In this document: positions 14,001 through 21,691 of the stretch, piece by piece
Layout: each line of letters opens with the position of its first letter
Numbering within the stretch: the stretch's first letter is position 1
Source: Armatimonadia bacterium
Lineage (GTDB): Bacteria > Armatimonadota > Zipacnadia > Zipacnadales > UBA11051
Assembly (NCBI GenBank): GCA_039683575.1
Contig: JBDKRC010000135.1
Location: forward strand, 1 to 24,257
DNA: 24,257 nucleotides
Reading direction: 5' to 3'
Translations under genes and position numbers: made by a program
The notes under the pieces: generated by a model
Seen by the model: only the letters and a program-made list of their open reading frames with translations
Told to the model about the DNA's origin: nothing
Database searches by the model: none

Positions 14001-16458
14001 CGAGAACCAACAGCGAAACCAATCCGAGCGCCATCAGCATCAGGCCGACGCGCCACGGACGCGGATGGTAGCTGAAGATCACTTCGTGGCAGCCTGCCCT
14101 CACCGCCACCGCCTTCAGGCCATAGTTGGCACGCAGCAGCCGCGCGGGCAGGCCATCGACAGTAACCTCCCACCCTGGATACCACGCATCCGCCAGCACC
14201 GCCAGCGCCGGGCGGAAGGCCTCTACGGTCACTCTGACGCGATAGGTATCTTCCCCAACCACCGAGGCCGTCCCGGCCGGGCCCGGTTGCGTCAGCCCCT
14301 CGACTGCCCCCTCGACCACAGCCTGCCCGTAGGGCTGAAAGTCCCGCTGCTTGATGATCTGCATCTGGGCCTCGGCGTTTGGGGCGCTGATCGCCTGCCC
14401 GACCAGCCACGCGCGCGGGTGAGCGGGTTCATAGCGCCAGACGCTCGTTTCGCCCTCCCACACCCGCTTCAGCGCCGGGTCCTGCACCTTCCCCGGCGTC
14501 ACGATGAACTGCGCCCCCACGAGCGCGTGGAAGCGCTTCATGCGCTCCAGTGGCGTCCCTACGCGCTCGATGGTCTCCTCGCTGGTATTCACCTGTCCGG
14601 TGATCGCCTGCACCATGTATGCCTGGTACTGGTTCCACATCTGCAGCGTCGCCGGGGTGACAATCCCCTGCTTGTAGCCGTCGCTATAGCGCACGTCAAA
14701 GAGCGTGCCATAGGCGGGCCGTAGCTGCGAGCGGTAGCCCTCGGTATACATCCACTCCCCGCCGGGACGCTGTTCACTGGCAGGCACAGCGGCAACCAGT
14801 TCCCGCGGCACGCTCACCATCCGCCCCGAGCCAATCACCCGCGCGCTCTCCGGCGGCTGCACGTAGTAGGCGCGACCGACCACGGGGTTGGTAACCTGCC
14901 AAAAGTGCCAAAGCGGGCCCAGCAGCGCGACCACGAGCAGCATCAGGAGCACTCTCTGCAAGGAGTTCCGCCCGGGCCTCTGCGCGGCCACCCATACACA
15001 GACCACGACGAGCGCCGCCACCAGCACCACCGGCTGCCACCCGATGAGCGAGTTGTACATCGCCGCCGCCGTGTTCTTCAGCGGCAGGGCCAGCCCCGGG
15101 TGCCCCGGCAGGACCAGGCTGCCCCCCTCCGCGCCGAAGGTCATCCACAGCGAGAACAGCGCAAATATCACCAGTCCCGCCAGTCCGAGCGCCGCCTTCG
15201 TCGCCACCTGCCGCTGCCGTTCGGTCGCCTGCGGCAGCCACTGCACCGCCATCGACACCAGCAGCCCCACTGCGAACATGGGCAGCAGCGTCCAGCGCCC
15301 CATGGCCCGGAAGCCGCCCACGAGAGGCAGTCGCGCCAGCACCGCATACACCGGGTTCCCGGCCCACACCAGCGACGCGCCGACGACCAAGAGCACCAGG
15401 GCGAACAGCCATCCACGGCGCCGCCAGCCAACGATCAGCCCGACCAGTCCCAACAGCAGCGGCGCGCCACCCACATACGCGGAGGTCTCATGGAAGAACG
15501 CCTCCCCGCCGATGACATTGGCGCGAACCGTTCCAAAGATGTCCGGCAGCAGCACCCGCGCCACATCGCGCAGCTCAAAGGCATAGCTCTGCATCCAGCT
15601 CAACTGGTCAATCTGCGTCCCAAGCTCCCGCTTGATCTCGCGAGCCAGTTCAAGCGTTGGCAGGACCTGTGGGGCGATGAGAAGACCGGCAACGAGGGCG
15701 GCGACCAGAATCCCAACCAGGACTGGCCGCGCGCGGGGATTCTTCGCTTCGCTCAGAATGACAGGCTGGCGCCCGCCCCCACCCTTTGCATCCTGCCTCC
15801 CCCCATTGTCATCCTGAGGAGCGCCGTTTGCGACGAAGGATCTCTCCCCCACCAGCACCCACACCGCCAGCGTGAACATGATCATCAGGAAGATCTGCGG
15901 GTGGCTGGACAGAAACGCCAGCGCCACCTCCAGCCCGAGCAGCCCCCAGCAGCGCCAGCTTCCCCTCCGCAGCGCCGTCTGCAGCACGCCCAGCGCGAGC
16001 GGGAGGTGCGCCGCAGCCGTCACGAAGTTGTAGTGGATCAAGTGCCCCGCCTGATAGCCGCTGAACGCGTATACTCCCGCGCCGATCACCGCCGCCGCCC
16101 GTCCCATCCCCAGGTTCCGCGCCACCCACATGAAGCCCGCCAGCGCCAGCGCCAGGTGCAGCCAGTAGCAGCAGTGCAGCGCCGTCATCCACGGCAGGAG
16201 GCGGAAGACCACGAGATGTATCGGATACAGCCCACCCGACTGCCCCGTCGCCAGGGCCGGCAGCCCGCAGTACTGCCGCGCGTCCCACAGATACAGGTCG
16301 CCCGCCCGCAGCGTCTCGCCCAGCGCCCGGTATTGGGGGTATACAAACAACTGCGCATCATCGCGCACCAGCGGCCGCCCAAGCAGGAGCGTCTGCCACA
16401 TGAACGCCAGCGGCAGCAGCACGACAATCGCCCCAAGCAGCAGTTTGCGCCCTCGCAT
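13954..16458 (-). CDS. YfhO-family polytopic membrane protein (putative GT-C glycosyltransferase)
   Basis: Many TM helices. LWDARQYCGLP, GGLYP, YAFSG and the C-terminal LADAWYPGWEVTVDG...RANYGLKAVAVRAGCHEVIFSYHP signature. Start is ATG 16458 (GTG 16542 is possible). Confidence 0.85.
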   Translation of the reverse strand: MRGRKLLLGAIVVLLPLAFMWQTLLLGRPLVRDDAQLFVYPQYRALGETLRAGDLYLWDARQYCGLPALATGQSGGLYPIHLVVFRLLPWMTALHCCYWLHLALALAGFMWVARNLGMGRAAAVIGAGVYAFSGYQAGHLIHYNFVTAAAHLPLALGVLQTALRRGSWRCWGLLGLEVALAFLSSHPQIFLMIMFTLAVWVLVGERSFVANGAPQDDNGGRQDAKGGGGRQPVILSEAKNPRARPVLVGILVAALVAGLLIAPQVLPTLELAREIKRELGTQIDQLSWMQSYAFELRDVARVLLPDIFGTVRANVIGGEAFFHETSAYVGGAPLLLGLVGLIVGWRRRGWLFALVLLVVGASLVWAGNPVYAVLARLPLVGGFRAMGRWTLLPMFAVGLLVSMAVQWLPQATERQRQVATKAALGLAGLVIFALFSLWMTFGAEGGSLVLPGHPGLALPLKNTAAAMYNSLIGWQPVVLVAALVVVCVWVAAQRPGRNSLQRVLLMLLVVALLGPLWHFWQVTNPVVGRAYYVQPPESARVIGSGRMVSVPRELVAAVPASEQRPGGEWMYTEGYRSQLRPAYGTLFDVRYSDGYKQGIVTPATLQMWNQYQAYMVQAITGQVNTSEETIERVGTPLERMKRFHALVGAQFIVTPGKVQDPALKRVWEGETSVWRYEPAHPRAWLVGQAISAPNAEAQMQIIKQRDFQPYGQAVVEGAVEGLTQPGPAGTASVVGEDTYRVRVTVEAFRPALAVLADAWYPGWEVTVDGLPARLLRANYGLKAVAVRAGCHEVIFSYHPRPWRVGLMLMALGLVSLLVLVTYPGSAARSRRPSA
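15738..15844. repeat. Family C palindromic repeat pair in-frame inside the YfhO-like gene (encodes ...RSFVANGAPQDD...VILSEAKNP)
   Basis: 15738-15763 (gattcttcgcttcgctcagaatgaca) is identical (26/26) to 22977-23002. 15807-15844 (tgtcatcctgaggagcgccgtttgcgacgaaggatctc) is a variant arm in the opposite orientation. Confidence 0.88.
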
Positions 16459-16562
16459 GGTCAGGTAATTCGCGTTTTCGCGCTCCCAATCCTCTTCGCG
16501 CGAAGGTACGCGCCCTCCGGCCGTCGAAGTGGCCTGCTTCACGTCAGTCTCGGAGGATGGTT

Positions 16563-17612
16563 ATGGCCTATCGTGTCGCCTTCGTGGGTACCGGCGGGAT
16601 CTCCCGCACCCACGCCAAGTACTACGTAGACAACCCGGCCACGGACATCGTGGCCGCCTGCGATATAGACCCCGAAAAGCTCAGGGGCTTTCGCGAGCAG
16701 TTCGACGTCCCGGCCGGCTATGAGGATTACCGTGAACTGCTTGAGCGCGAGAAGCCGGATATCGTCAGCATCTGCACATGGCATGGCACCCACTCGGAGA
16801 TCGCCGTCGCGGCGGCCGAGGCGGGTGTGAAGGGCATTCTGTCCGAGAAACCCATGGGCCGGGACTTGCGCGAGGCCAGGGCCATGGTGGAGGCCGCAGA
16901 GGCCAACGGCGCAAAGCTCGCCATCCACCACCAGTTGCGTTTCGCCGGGTCGTACTGCGCCGCCCGGCAGGCCGTCGCTGAGGGCAAGATCGGCAGCCCC
17001 CTGTGCCTCTTCTGGCGCACTGGTGGCGGGCTGCTCAACAACGGCTGCCACGGGATCGACCTCTTCCGCTGGCTGACCGGCGAACCCGAGTGGACCGCAG
17101 TCATGGGCCAGGTAGAGCGCCTGAGCAACCGCTACGAGCGCGGCCTGCCCGCCGAGGACAAGGCCGCCGGGATCATCCGCTTCGAGGGCGGGCATGAGCT
17201 GGTGCTGGAAGTGGACATGCTGGGCGAGGACCGCGCGGAGACAACGTACCGGCTCTTCGGACCCGAGGGCATAGTCGAGATCAACGTCCGCACCGCCACT
17301 TTGCTCTCTACCGACCAGAAGGGTCGCCAGGAACTGCCCCCCATCCCGCAGCCCACGCCACTTGAGGAACTCATCACGTGGATCGAGGGCGGCCCCGAGC
17401 ACCGCGACTCCGGCCGCCGCTCCCTCAAGACCGAAGAGATCATGATGGCGATCTATGAATCCTCCCGCCTCCGCGCGTACATCCACCCGCCCTTCGACAA
17501 GCTGGAAAGCCCGCTGTTCGAGATGGTAGCCGACGGCACGTTGGCCGTGGACGAGCCCGCCTACGACATCCGCAGCGAAGCGGCGCTGAAGTATGAGATG
17601 GACCGGGGGTAA
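16563..17612 (+). CDS. Gfo/Idh/MocA family oxidoreductase
   Basis: VAFVGTGGIS, PDIVSICT, ILSEKPM and GGGLLNNGCHGIDL. GGAGGA RBS precedes ATG 16563. Confidence 0.92.
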   Translation: MAYRVAFVGTGGISRTHAKYYVDNPATDIVAACDIDPEKLRGFREQFDVPAGYEDYRELLEREKPDIVSICTWHGTHSEIAVAAAEAGVKGILSEKPMGRDLREARAMVEAAEANGAKLAIHHQLRFAGSYCAARQAVAEGKIGSPLCLFWRTGGGLLNNGCHGIDLFRWLTGEPEWTAVMGQVERLSNRYERGLPAEDKAAGIIRFEGGHELVLEVDMLGEDRAETTYRLFGPEGIVEINVRTATLLSTDQKGRQELPPIPQPTPLEELITWIEGGPEHRDSGRRSLKTEEIMMAIYESSRLRAYIHPPFDKLESPLFEMVADGTLAVDEPAYDIRSEAALKYEMDRG

Positions 17613-17639
17613 TCGCGCCGTTCGCCGGGACCGCCGACA

Positions 17640-17834
17640 GAAATGGGGGCTGACCCCAATTTCCATCTCCAGGCCCCACCACCCAATCTGGTCGCACGGG
17701 AAATTGGGGTCTGTACCCATTTCTGGTCTTGTGATACCGCCGCCACCGGAAAACGGGTACAGACACCATATTCGCATGACAGTTAGTGGATAATGTCAGG
17801 CCAGGTTGCGAAAATGGTGTCAGTCCCCATTTTC
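17640..17834. repeat. Family E: four 24-25-bp imperfect palindromes in alternating orientation (BIME/REP-like cluster)
   Basis: gaaatgggggctgaccccaatttc (17640-63), gaaattggggtctgtacccatttc (17700-23), gaaaacgggtacagacaccatattc (17749-73) and gaaaatggtgtcagtccccattttc (17810-34). Spacers are 36, 25 and 36 bp. Confidence 0.8.
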
Positions 17835-17869
17835 CTCGTTTGCCGCTAGTCCAAAAGGAATTCTGACCA

Positions 17870-19090
17870 ATGCCCAACCCAATCAACATCACCCTCGTCG
17901 GCACCAATAACTTCGCGGGCAGCCACCTCGGCTCCATCCGTCGTATGGAGGAGGAGGGCCTTGCGAAGCAGGTCGGCGCCGTGATCCGCCGCCCGGACGT
18001 GTATGCGGACAAGGTAGCCGAGTTCCAGGCACGCGGCATCACTGTCTACAACTCGTATGCCGAGATGCTCGAAAGGGAGCAAGGCCGCACCCAACTCGTG
18101 TCCCTGCCCGTGGCCATTCCCGACCATGCCGAGACCACCATCGCCGCGCTCGAAGCCGGCTACGATGTCCTGCTCGAGAAGCCCCCGGCACCTGTGATCC
18201 AGCAGATTGACGCGATGCTCGAGGCCGAGAAGCGCACCGGGCATTTCTGCTGCGTGGGCTTTCAGAACCAGTCCAAGTGCACCGTCCGCGCCATCAAGCG
18301 CGCCCTGGGCGAGGGCAGGTTCGGCGACCTGCAGCGCATCAACGTCATGGCCGAGTGGATCCGCCCCGACAGCTATTACGAGCGCAACGCCTGGGCGGGC
18401 AAGGTCATGTTCGAGGGCAAGTACTGCCTCGACGGCCCGACCTGCAATGCCCTCGCGCATTATCTCTTCAATGCCCTCTACTGGGCCTCACCCGAATGGG
18501 GCAAGGCCGCCGAGCCCACCTCCGTGCGCGGCGAACTCTACCACGCCCATCCCATCGACAGCGTCGATACCAGCGCCCTCGCCGTGCACACCGACACCGG
18601 CGTGGATATCACGTACCTGACCACCCTCGCCGGCTGGTCGAATCGCGGCCCCTTCAGCCGCCTCATCGGCACGAAGGCCACCTGCGACTGGGCCATCAGC
18701 GGCGATGCCACCGTCACATACGCCGACGGCCGCCAGGAGGTCATCGCCGACGACGGCAGCCGCGAACATGACGAGGTCTTCCGCAACTGCATCAAGTACC
18801 TGCAGGGCGAGGCCGAGGAACTGAACTGCCCGCTCGCGATGACCCGCCCGTACGTGCTGGCGCTCAATGGCGCCTGGGAATCATCCGGCGGCCCGCGTGA
18901 CATCCCGGCCGAATCCGTCACCCGCGAGCCGAAGGACAACTCGATCTTCACGGGCCTCAACGGCATCCCCGAGCTACTCGACGAGTGCTACAATGCGGGC
19001 AAGCTCTACAGCGACGCAGGAGCACCGTGGGCGGTCGCAACCAGGCCCTTCGACCTGAAGGGCTACAGAGAGTTCGCTATGGCGTTCTGA
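17870..19090 (+). CDS. Gfo/Idh/MocA family oxidoreductase
   Basis: ITLVGTNNFA, VLLEKPP, VGFQ, YYERNAWAGK and DGPTCNALAHYLFN. AAGGA RBS. Confidence 0.9.
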   Translation: MPNPINITLVGTNNFAGSHLGSIRRMEEEGLAKQVGAVIRRPDVYADKVAEFQARGITVYNSYAEMLEREQGRTQLVSLPVAIPDHAETTIAALEAGYDVLLEKPPAPVIQQIDAMLEAEKRTGHFCCVGFQNQSKCTVRAIKRALGEGRFGDLQRINVMAEWIRPDSYYERNAWAGKVMFEGKYCLDGPTCNALAHYLFNALYWASPEWGKAAEPTSVRGELYHAHPIDSVDTSALAVHTDTGVDITYLTTLAGWSNRGPFSRLIGTKATCDWAISGDATVTYADGRQEVIADDGSREHDEVFRNCIKYLQGEAEELNCPLAMTRPYVLALNGAWESSGGPRDIPAESVTREPKDNSIFTGLNGIPELLDECYNAGKLYSDAGAPWAVATRPFDLKGYREFAMAF

Positions 19091-19099
19091 ACACTGGTC

Positions 19100-19128
19100 T
19101 TTACAAAGTATCATCTTGGTTGTATCAT
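19100..19128 (+). promoter_or_regulatory. Putative sigma70 promoter of the HTH gene
   Basis: TTTACA (19100-05)-N17-TATCAT (19123-28) in an AT-rich patch. GTATCAT is repeated at 19108 and 19122. Confidence 0.55.
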
Positions 19129-19156
19129 GGTTTCATACCAAAGGAGGTATGGGCCA

Positions 19157-19873
19157 ATGAATCTGTCAGTTCTGACACCCAAGGAAGTCGCAGATGCACT
19201 CAAAGTCGACGAAGAAGTCATATTGGAGCTCATGGACCGTGGCGAACTGCGTGGGTTCCAAGCTGGCCACCTGTGGCGTACAACCCAGCAGTTTGTTGAG
19301 CAGTTCATCCAAGATCAAACCAAGCCCGAACCACAACATGTCAAAGCTAATCAGTCTGAGTCGAGGCCTGAGCAGGCTGACGAGAAGATGGGAGACCTAC
19401 GCTCAGGCTGGGACCGCATCGACGGCGGCTTCAGGTTCGGTTGGCCGAACATGGACGAGGAAGTGTTCGACGTGGCTTTCGCCCGCATTGTGCGGCGGAA
19501 AGGACGTAACATCCCTCTGGTCATAGGAATTGGCGACCGTCGCGCCGCCGGACGAGTGCGCCGCCGGGCGGTCGTGTTCTGGGGTGTCCACCCCGGAACC
19601 AAGAGCCCTCTGGTCGAGTTTGCTGGGGCGAACGACTTTGACGACACGAAGCTGATGGCCTCCGTTATCAAGGTTGACGGGCGAAGGCACCTGGCACCCG
19701 CTGATGACCTTCCCGAGCAGTACGTCGACGCCGACCTTCCCATCGGCGTATACAACCACGTCGTTACCGGCCCGCGCGCGTGGGACAGCCAGGCCGTACT
19801 AGCACGCGAGGACCAACTTGAGGTCATGGCGACGCACGCCCTGATCAGAGCCCAGCAGAAGGGACTTCTTTGA
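19157..19873 (+). CDS. Excisionase-like (HTH_17/MerR-like) DNA-binding domain fused to an unrecognised C-terminal domain
   Basis: AAGGAGGT RBS 8 nt before ATG 19157. VLTPKEVADALKVDEEVILELMDRGELRGFQAGHLWRT matches the Xis-like wHTH pattern. About 170 aa of globular C-terminus is not recognised. Confidence 0.75.
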   Translation: MNLSVLTPKEVADALKVDEEVILELMDRGELRGFQAGHLWRTTQQFVEQFIQDQTKPEPQHVKANQSESRPEQADEKMGDLRSGWDRIDGGFRFGWPNMDEEVFDVAFARIVRRKGRNIPLVIGIGDRRAAGRVRRRAVVFWGVHPGTKSPLVEFAGANDFDDTKLMASVIKVDGRRHLAPADDLPEQYVDADLPIGVYNHVVTGPRAWDSQAVLAREDQLEVMATHALIRAQQKGLL

Positions 19874-19887
19874 TGCCAGCGCTGAAG

Positions 19888-19922
19888 CGCGCGGGAGGCG
19901 CACTCTGTGTGCTTCCCGCGCG
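19888..19922 (+). repeat. GC-rich hairpin, probably a collapsed derivative of a family B REPIN
   Basis: 16-bp stem cgcgcgggaggcgcac-tct-gtgtgcttcccgcgcg with two G-U pairs. Its core differs from ggcacactccgtgtgcc at 3 of 17 positions. Confidence 0.5.
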
Positions 19923-19931
19923 AAGGTGACC

Positions 19932-21476
19932 ATGAACGACCTCAACGACCTCTGGACTCGCGCCGCCGACCTCTACGGCGACCGCACCGCCGTCATCTTC
20001 GAGGATCAGCGCTACACTTACGGCGACCTCGACGCCCTGATCCGCGCCTTCGCCGCGAGCCTGCCCTCCCTCGGCGTCGGGCCCGGCGACCGCGTGGCGC
20101 TTGTCTTGCCCAACTGCCTGCACTCCATCGTGTGCTATCTCGGCATCATCCGCGCCGGAGCCATCGCGCTGCCCCTCAACATCCGCCTGAAGCCCTCCGA
20201 GATGCGGTTCATGTTCGAGGACGCCGCGCCAAAGGCCGTCATCGCCCACCACACCCTTCGCGAGCAGGTCAACGAGGCGCTCGACGGCCTCCCCTCTATC
20301 CCCCGCCTCGGGGTTGGGTTTGAGGATGAGCAATACACCTCCATTGACCGCGTAGTGCGGGCGTCTCGCCCGCATCCGGCCGAGGATGCCACCAACCCAC
20401 AGCCTGCGGGCGAGACGCCCGCACTACGCGAGGACGACACCGCCGCCATCATCTACACATCCGGCACCACTGGCCTGCCCAAGGGCGCGATGATCACGCA
20501 CGGAAACGTGCTCTTCAACATAACCGCCACCATCGCGGGCCACGGCTTCCGCGCCGACGACATCCATCTGCTCATCGTCCCGCTCTTTCATGTCACGGGC
20601 CTGAACACCATCATGCCGACGGCGTTCTACCAGGGCGCGACGCTCGTGGTCTCAGGCGATCCCAACCCCACAAACGTAGTCGCTCTCATCGAGCGCCATA
20701 GCTGCACCACGGTCTTCACCGTCCCCACGACCGCCATCCTGCTGGTGCAGACACCCGGCATTGCCGACCACCCGCTCCCGAGCCTGCGCCTGATCGCCTA
20801 TTCCGGCGCACCCATGCCCGTCCGCGCCATCTCCCGCCTGCGCGAGCTATTCCCGGACAAGCTGCTTCACAACTTCTTTGGGCTCACCGAGACCACGTCA
20901 TGCACCTCGGTCCTCCCCAGCGACCAGGCCCTCCTGCGCCCCGAGTCCATCGGCCGTCTAGTCCCGGGCCTGCAGGCCAGGATCGTGGATGAGGAGGGCA
21001 ACGCACTCGCTCCCGGCCTCGTCGGCGAACTACTCATCAAGGGCCCCAGCATCGTCAAGGGCTACTACAACCGCCCTGAAGCCACCGCCGAGGCCATCGT
21101 GGACGGCTGGCTGCACACGGGCGACACCGCCTTCATCGACCCCGAGGGCTTCATCTTCCTGCAGGGCCGCAAGAAGGAGATGCTCATCGTCGCGGGAGAG
21201 AATGTCTACCCCGTCGAGGTTGAGAACGTCCTCACCCGCCACCCCGCCGTCGCCGAAGCCGCTGTCATTGGCGAGCCCCACCCGATCTTCGGCGAGGTCG
21301 TCAAGGCTGTGGTAGTCCTCCGCGCCGGCGAAGAGCCAAACCCGCGCGACCTCAAGCGCTACTGCGCCGAGCAACTCGCCAGCTACAAGGTGCCGCAGAC
21401 CTTCGAGTTCCGCGACGCCCTACCCCGCAACCCGTCGGGCAAGGTCGTGAAGCGCGCACTCAAAGACGCCCCTTGA
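19932..21476 (+). CDS. Long-chain acyl-CoA synthetase / class I adenylate-forming enzyme
   Basis: IYTSGTTGLPKG, PLFHVTG, FGLTET, GWLHTGD, GRKKEMLIVAGENVYPVEVE and PRNPSGKV. Start is ATG 19932 (GTG 19926 is possible). Confidence 0.93.
   Translation: MNDLNDLWTRAADLYGDRTAVIFEDQRYTYGDLDALIRAFAASLPSLGVGPGDRVALVLPNCLHSIVCYLGIIRAGAIALPLNIRLKPSEMRFMFEDAAPKAVIAHHTLREQVNEALDGLPSIPRLGVGFEDEQYTSIDRVVRASRPHPAEDATNPQPAGETPALREDDTAAIIYTSGTTGLPKGAMITHGNVLFNITATIAGHGFRADDIHLLIVPLFHVTGLNTIMPTAFYQGATLVVSGDPNPTNVVALIERHSCTTVFTVPTTAILLVQTPGIADHPLPSLRLIAYSGAPMPVRAISRLRELFPDKLLHNFFGLTETTSCTSVLPSDQALLRPESIGRLVPGLQARIVDEEGNALAPGLVGELLIKGPSIVKGYYNRPEATAEAIVDGWLHTGDTAFIDPEGFIFLQGRKKEMLIVAGENVYPVEVENVLTRHPAVAEAAVIGEPHPIFGEVVKAVVVLRAGEEPNPRDLKRYCAEQLASYKVPQTFEFRDALPRNPSGKVVKRALKDAP
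20349..20430. repeat. Family D REPIN (GTAGTGCGGGCGTCTCGCCCGCA pair) in-frame in the acyl-CoA synthetase
   Basis: Perfect 26-bp inverted repeat at 20349-20374 / 20405-20430. Each arm has GTAG and a TGCGGGCG-tct-CGCCCGCA hairpin. Encodes RVVRASRPH...AGETPALR. Confidence 0.9.
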
Positions 21477-21543
21477 CGCTCACACCTCCACGCGTGGTAT
21501 CATGTCGTCGCGGCCCACGACTGCGCGAAGGGACCATCTTCAA

Positions 21544-21626
21544 CGCGTGGTAGGCATACTCCGTATGCCGGACCCAGTTGACCCATCGCTGACCAGTTCC
21601 GGCATACGGAGTATGCCTACCACGCG
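21544..21626. repeat. REPIN-like element, family B variant (CGCGTGGTAGGCATACTCCGTATGCCGGA pair)
   Basis: Perfect 29-bp inverted repeat at 21544-21572 / 21598-21626, homologous to 7137-7208. Confidence 0.9.
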
Positions 21627-21691
21627 CAGAGGGATGCCTTCCCGTTCTGCCTGTTTTCTGTCTTCTGCTTTCGCGGTTCAGGCAATCAACC

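Noticed and set aside
14905-16629. 574-aa + strand ORF and other long antisense ORFs (e.g. 16539-17777, 21460-22350, 334-1191)
   Set aside because: These are shadow ORFs opposite well-supported genes. Their R/P/H-rich composition and lack of motifs are expected in high-GC DNA.
17640-17834. CRISPR array
   Set aside because: Units alternate in orientation, differ at several positions and have uneven spacers. There are no cas genes or AT-rich leader, so it fits a REP/BIME-like cluster better.
19157-19873. Prophage/ICE excisionase marking an integrated element
   Set aside because: No integrase, att-like direct repeats, tRNA or phage genes flank it.
21500-21690. Folate-related riboswitch (ZTP/pfl or THF) in the folP leader
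   Set aside because: GACTGCGCGAA loosely recalls the pfl 5' motif, but no CGCCTGGGC 3' partner is visible and most of the leader is REPIN. An Infernal/Rfam scan would be decisive.
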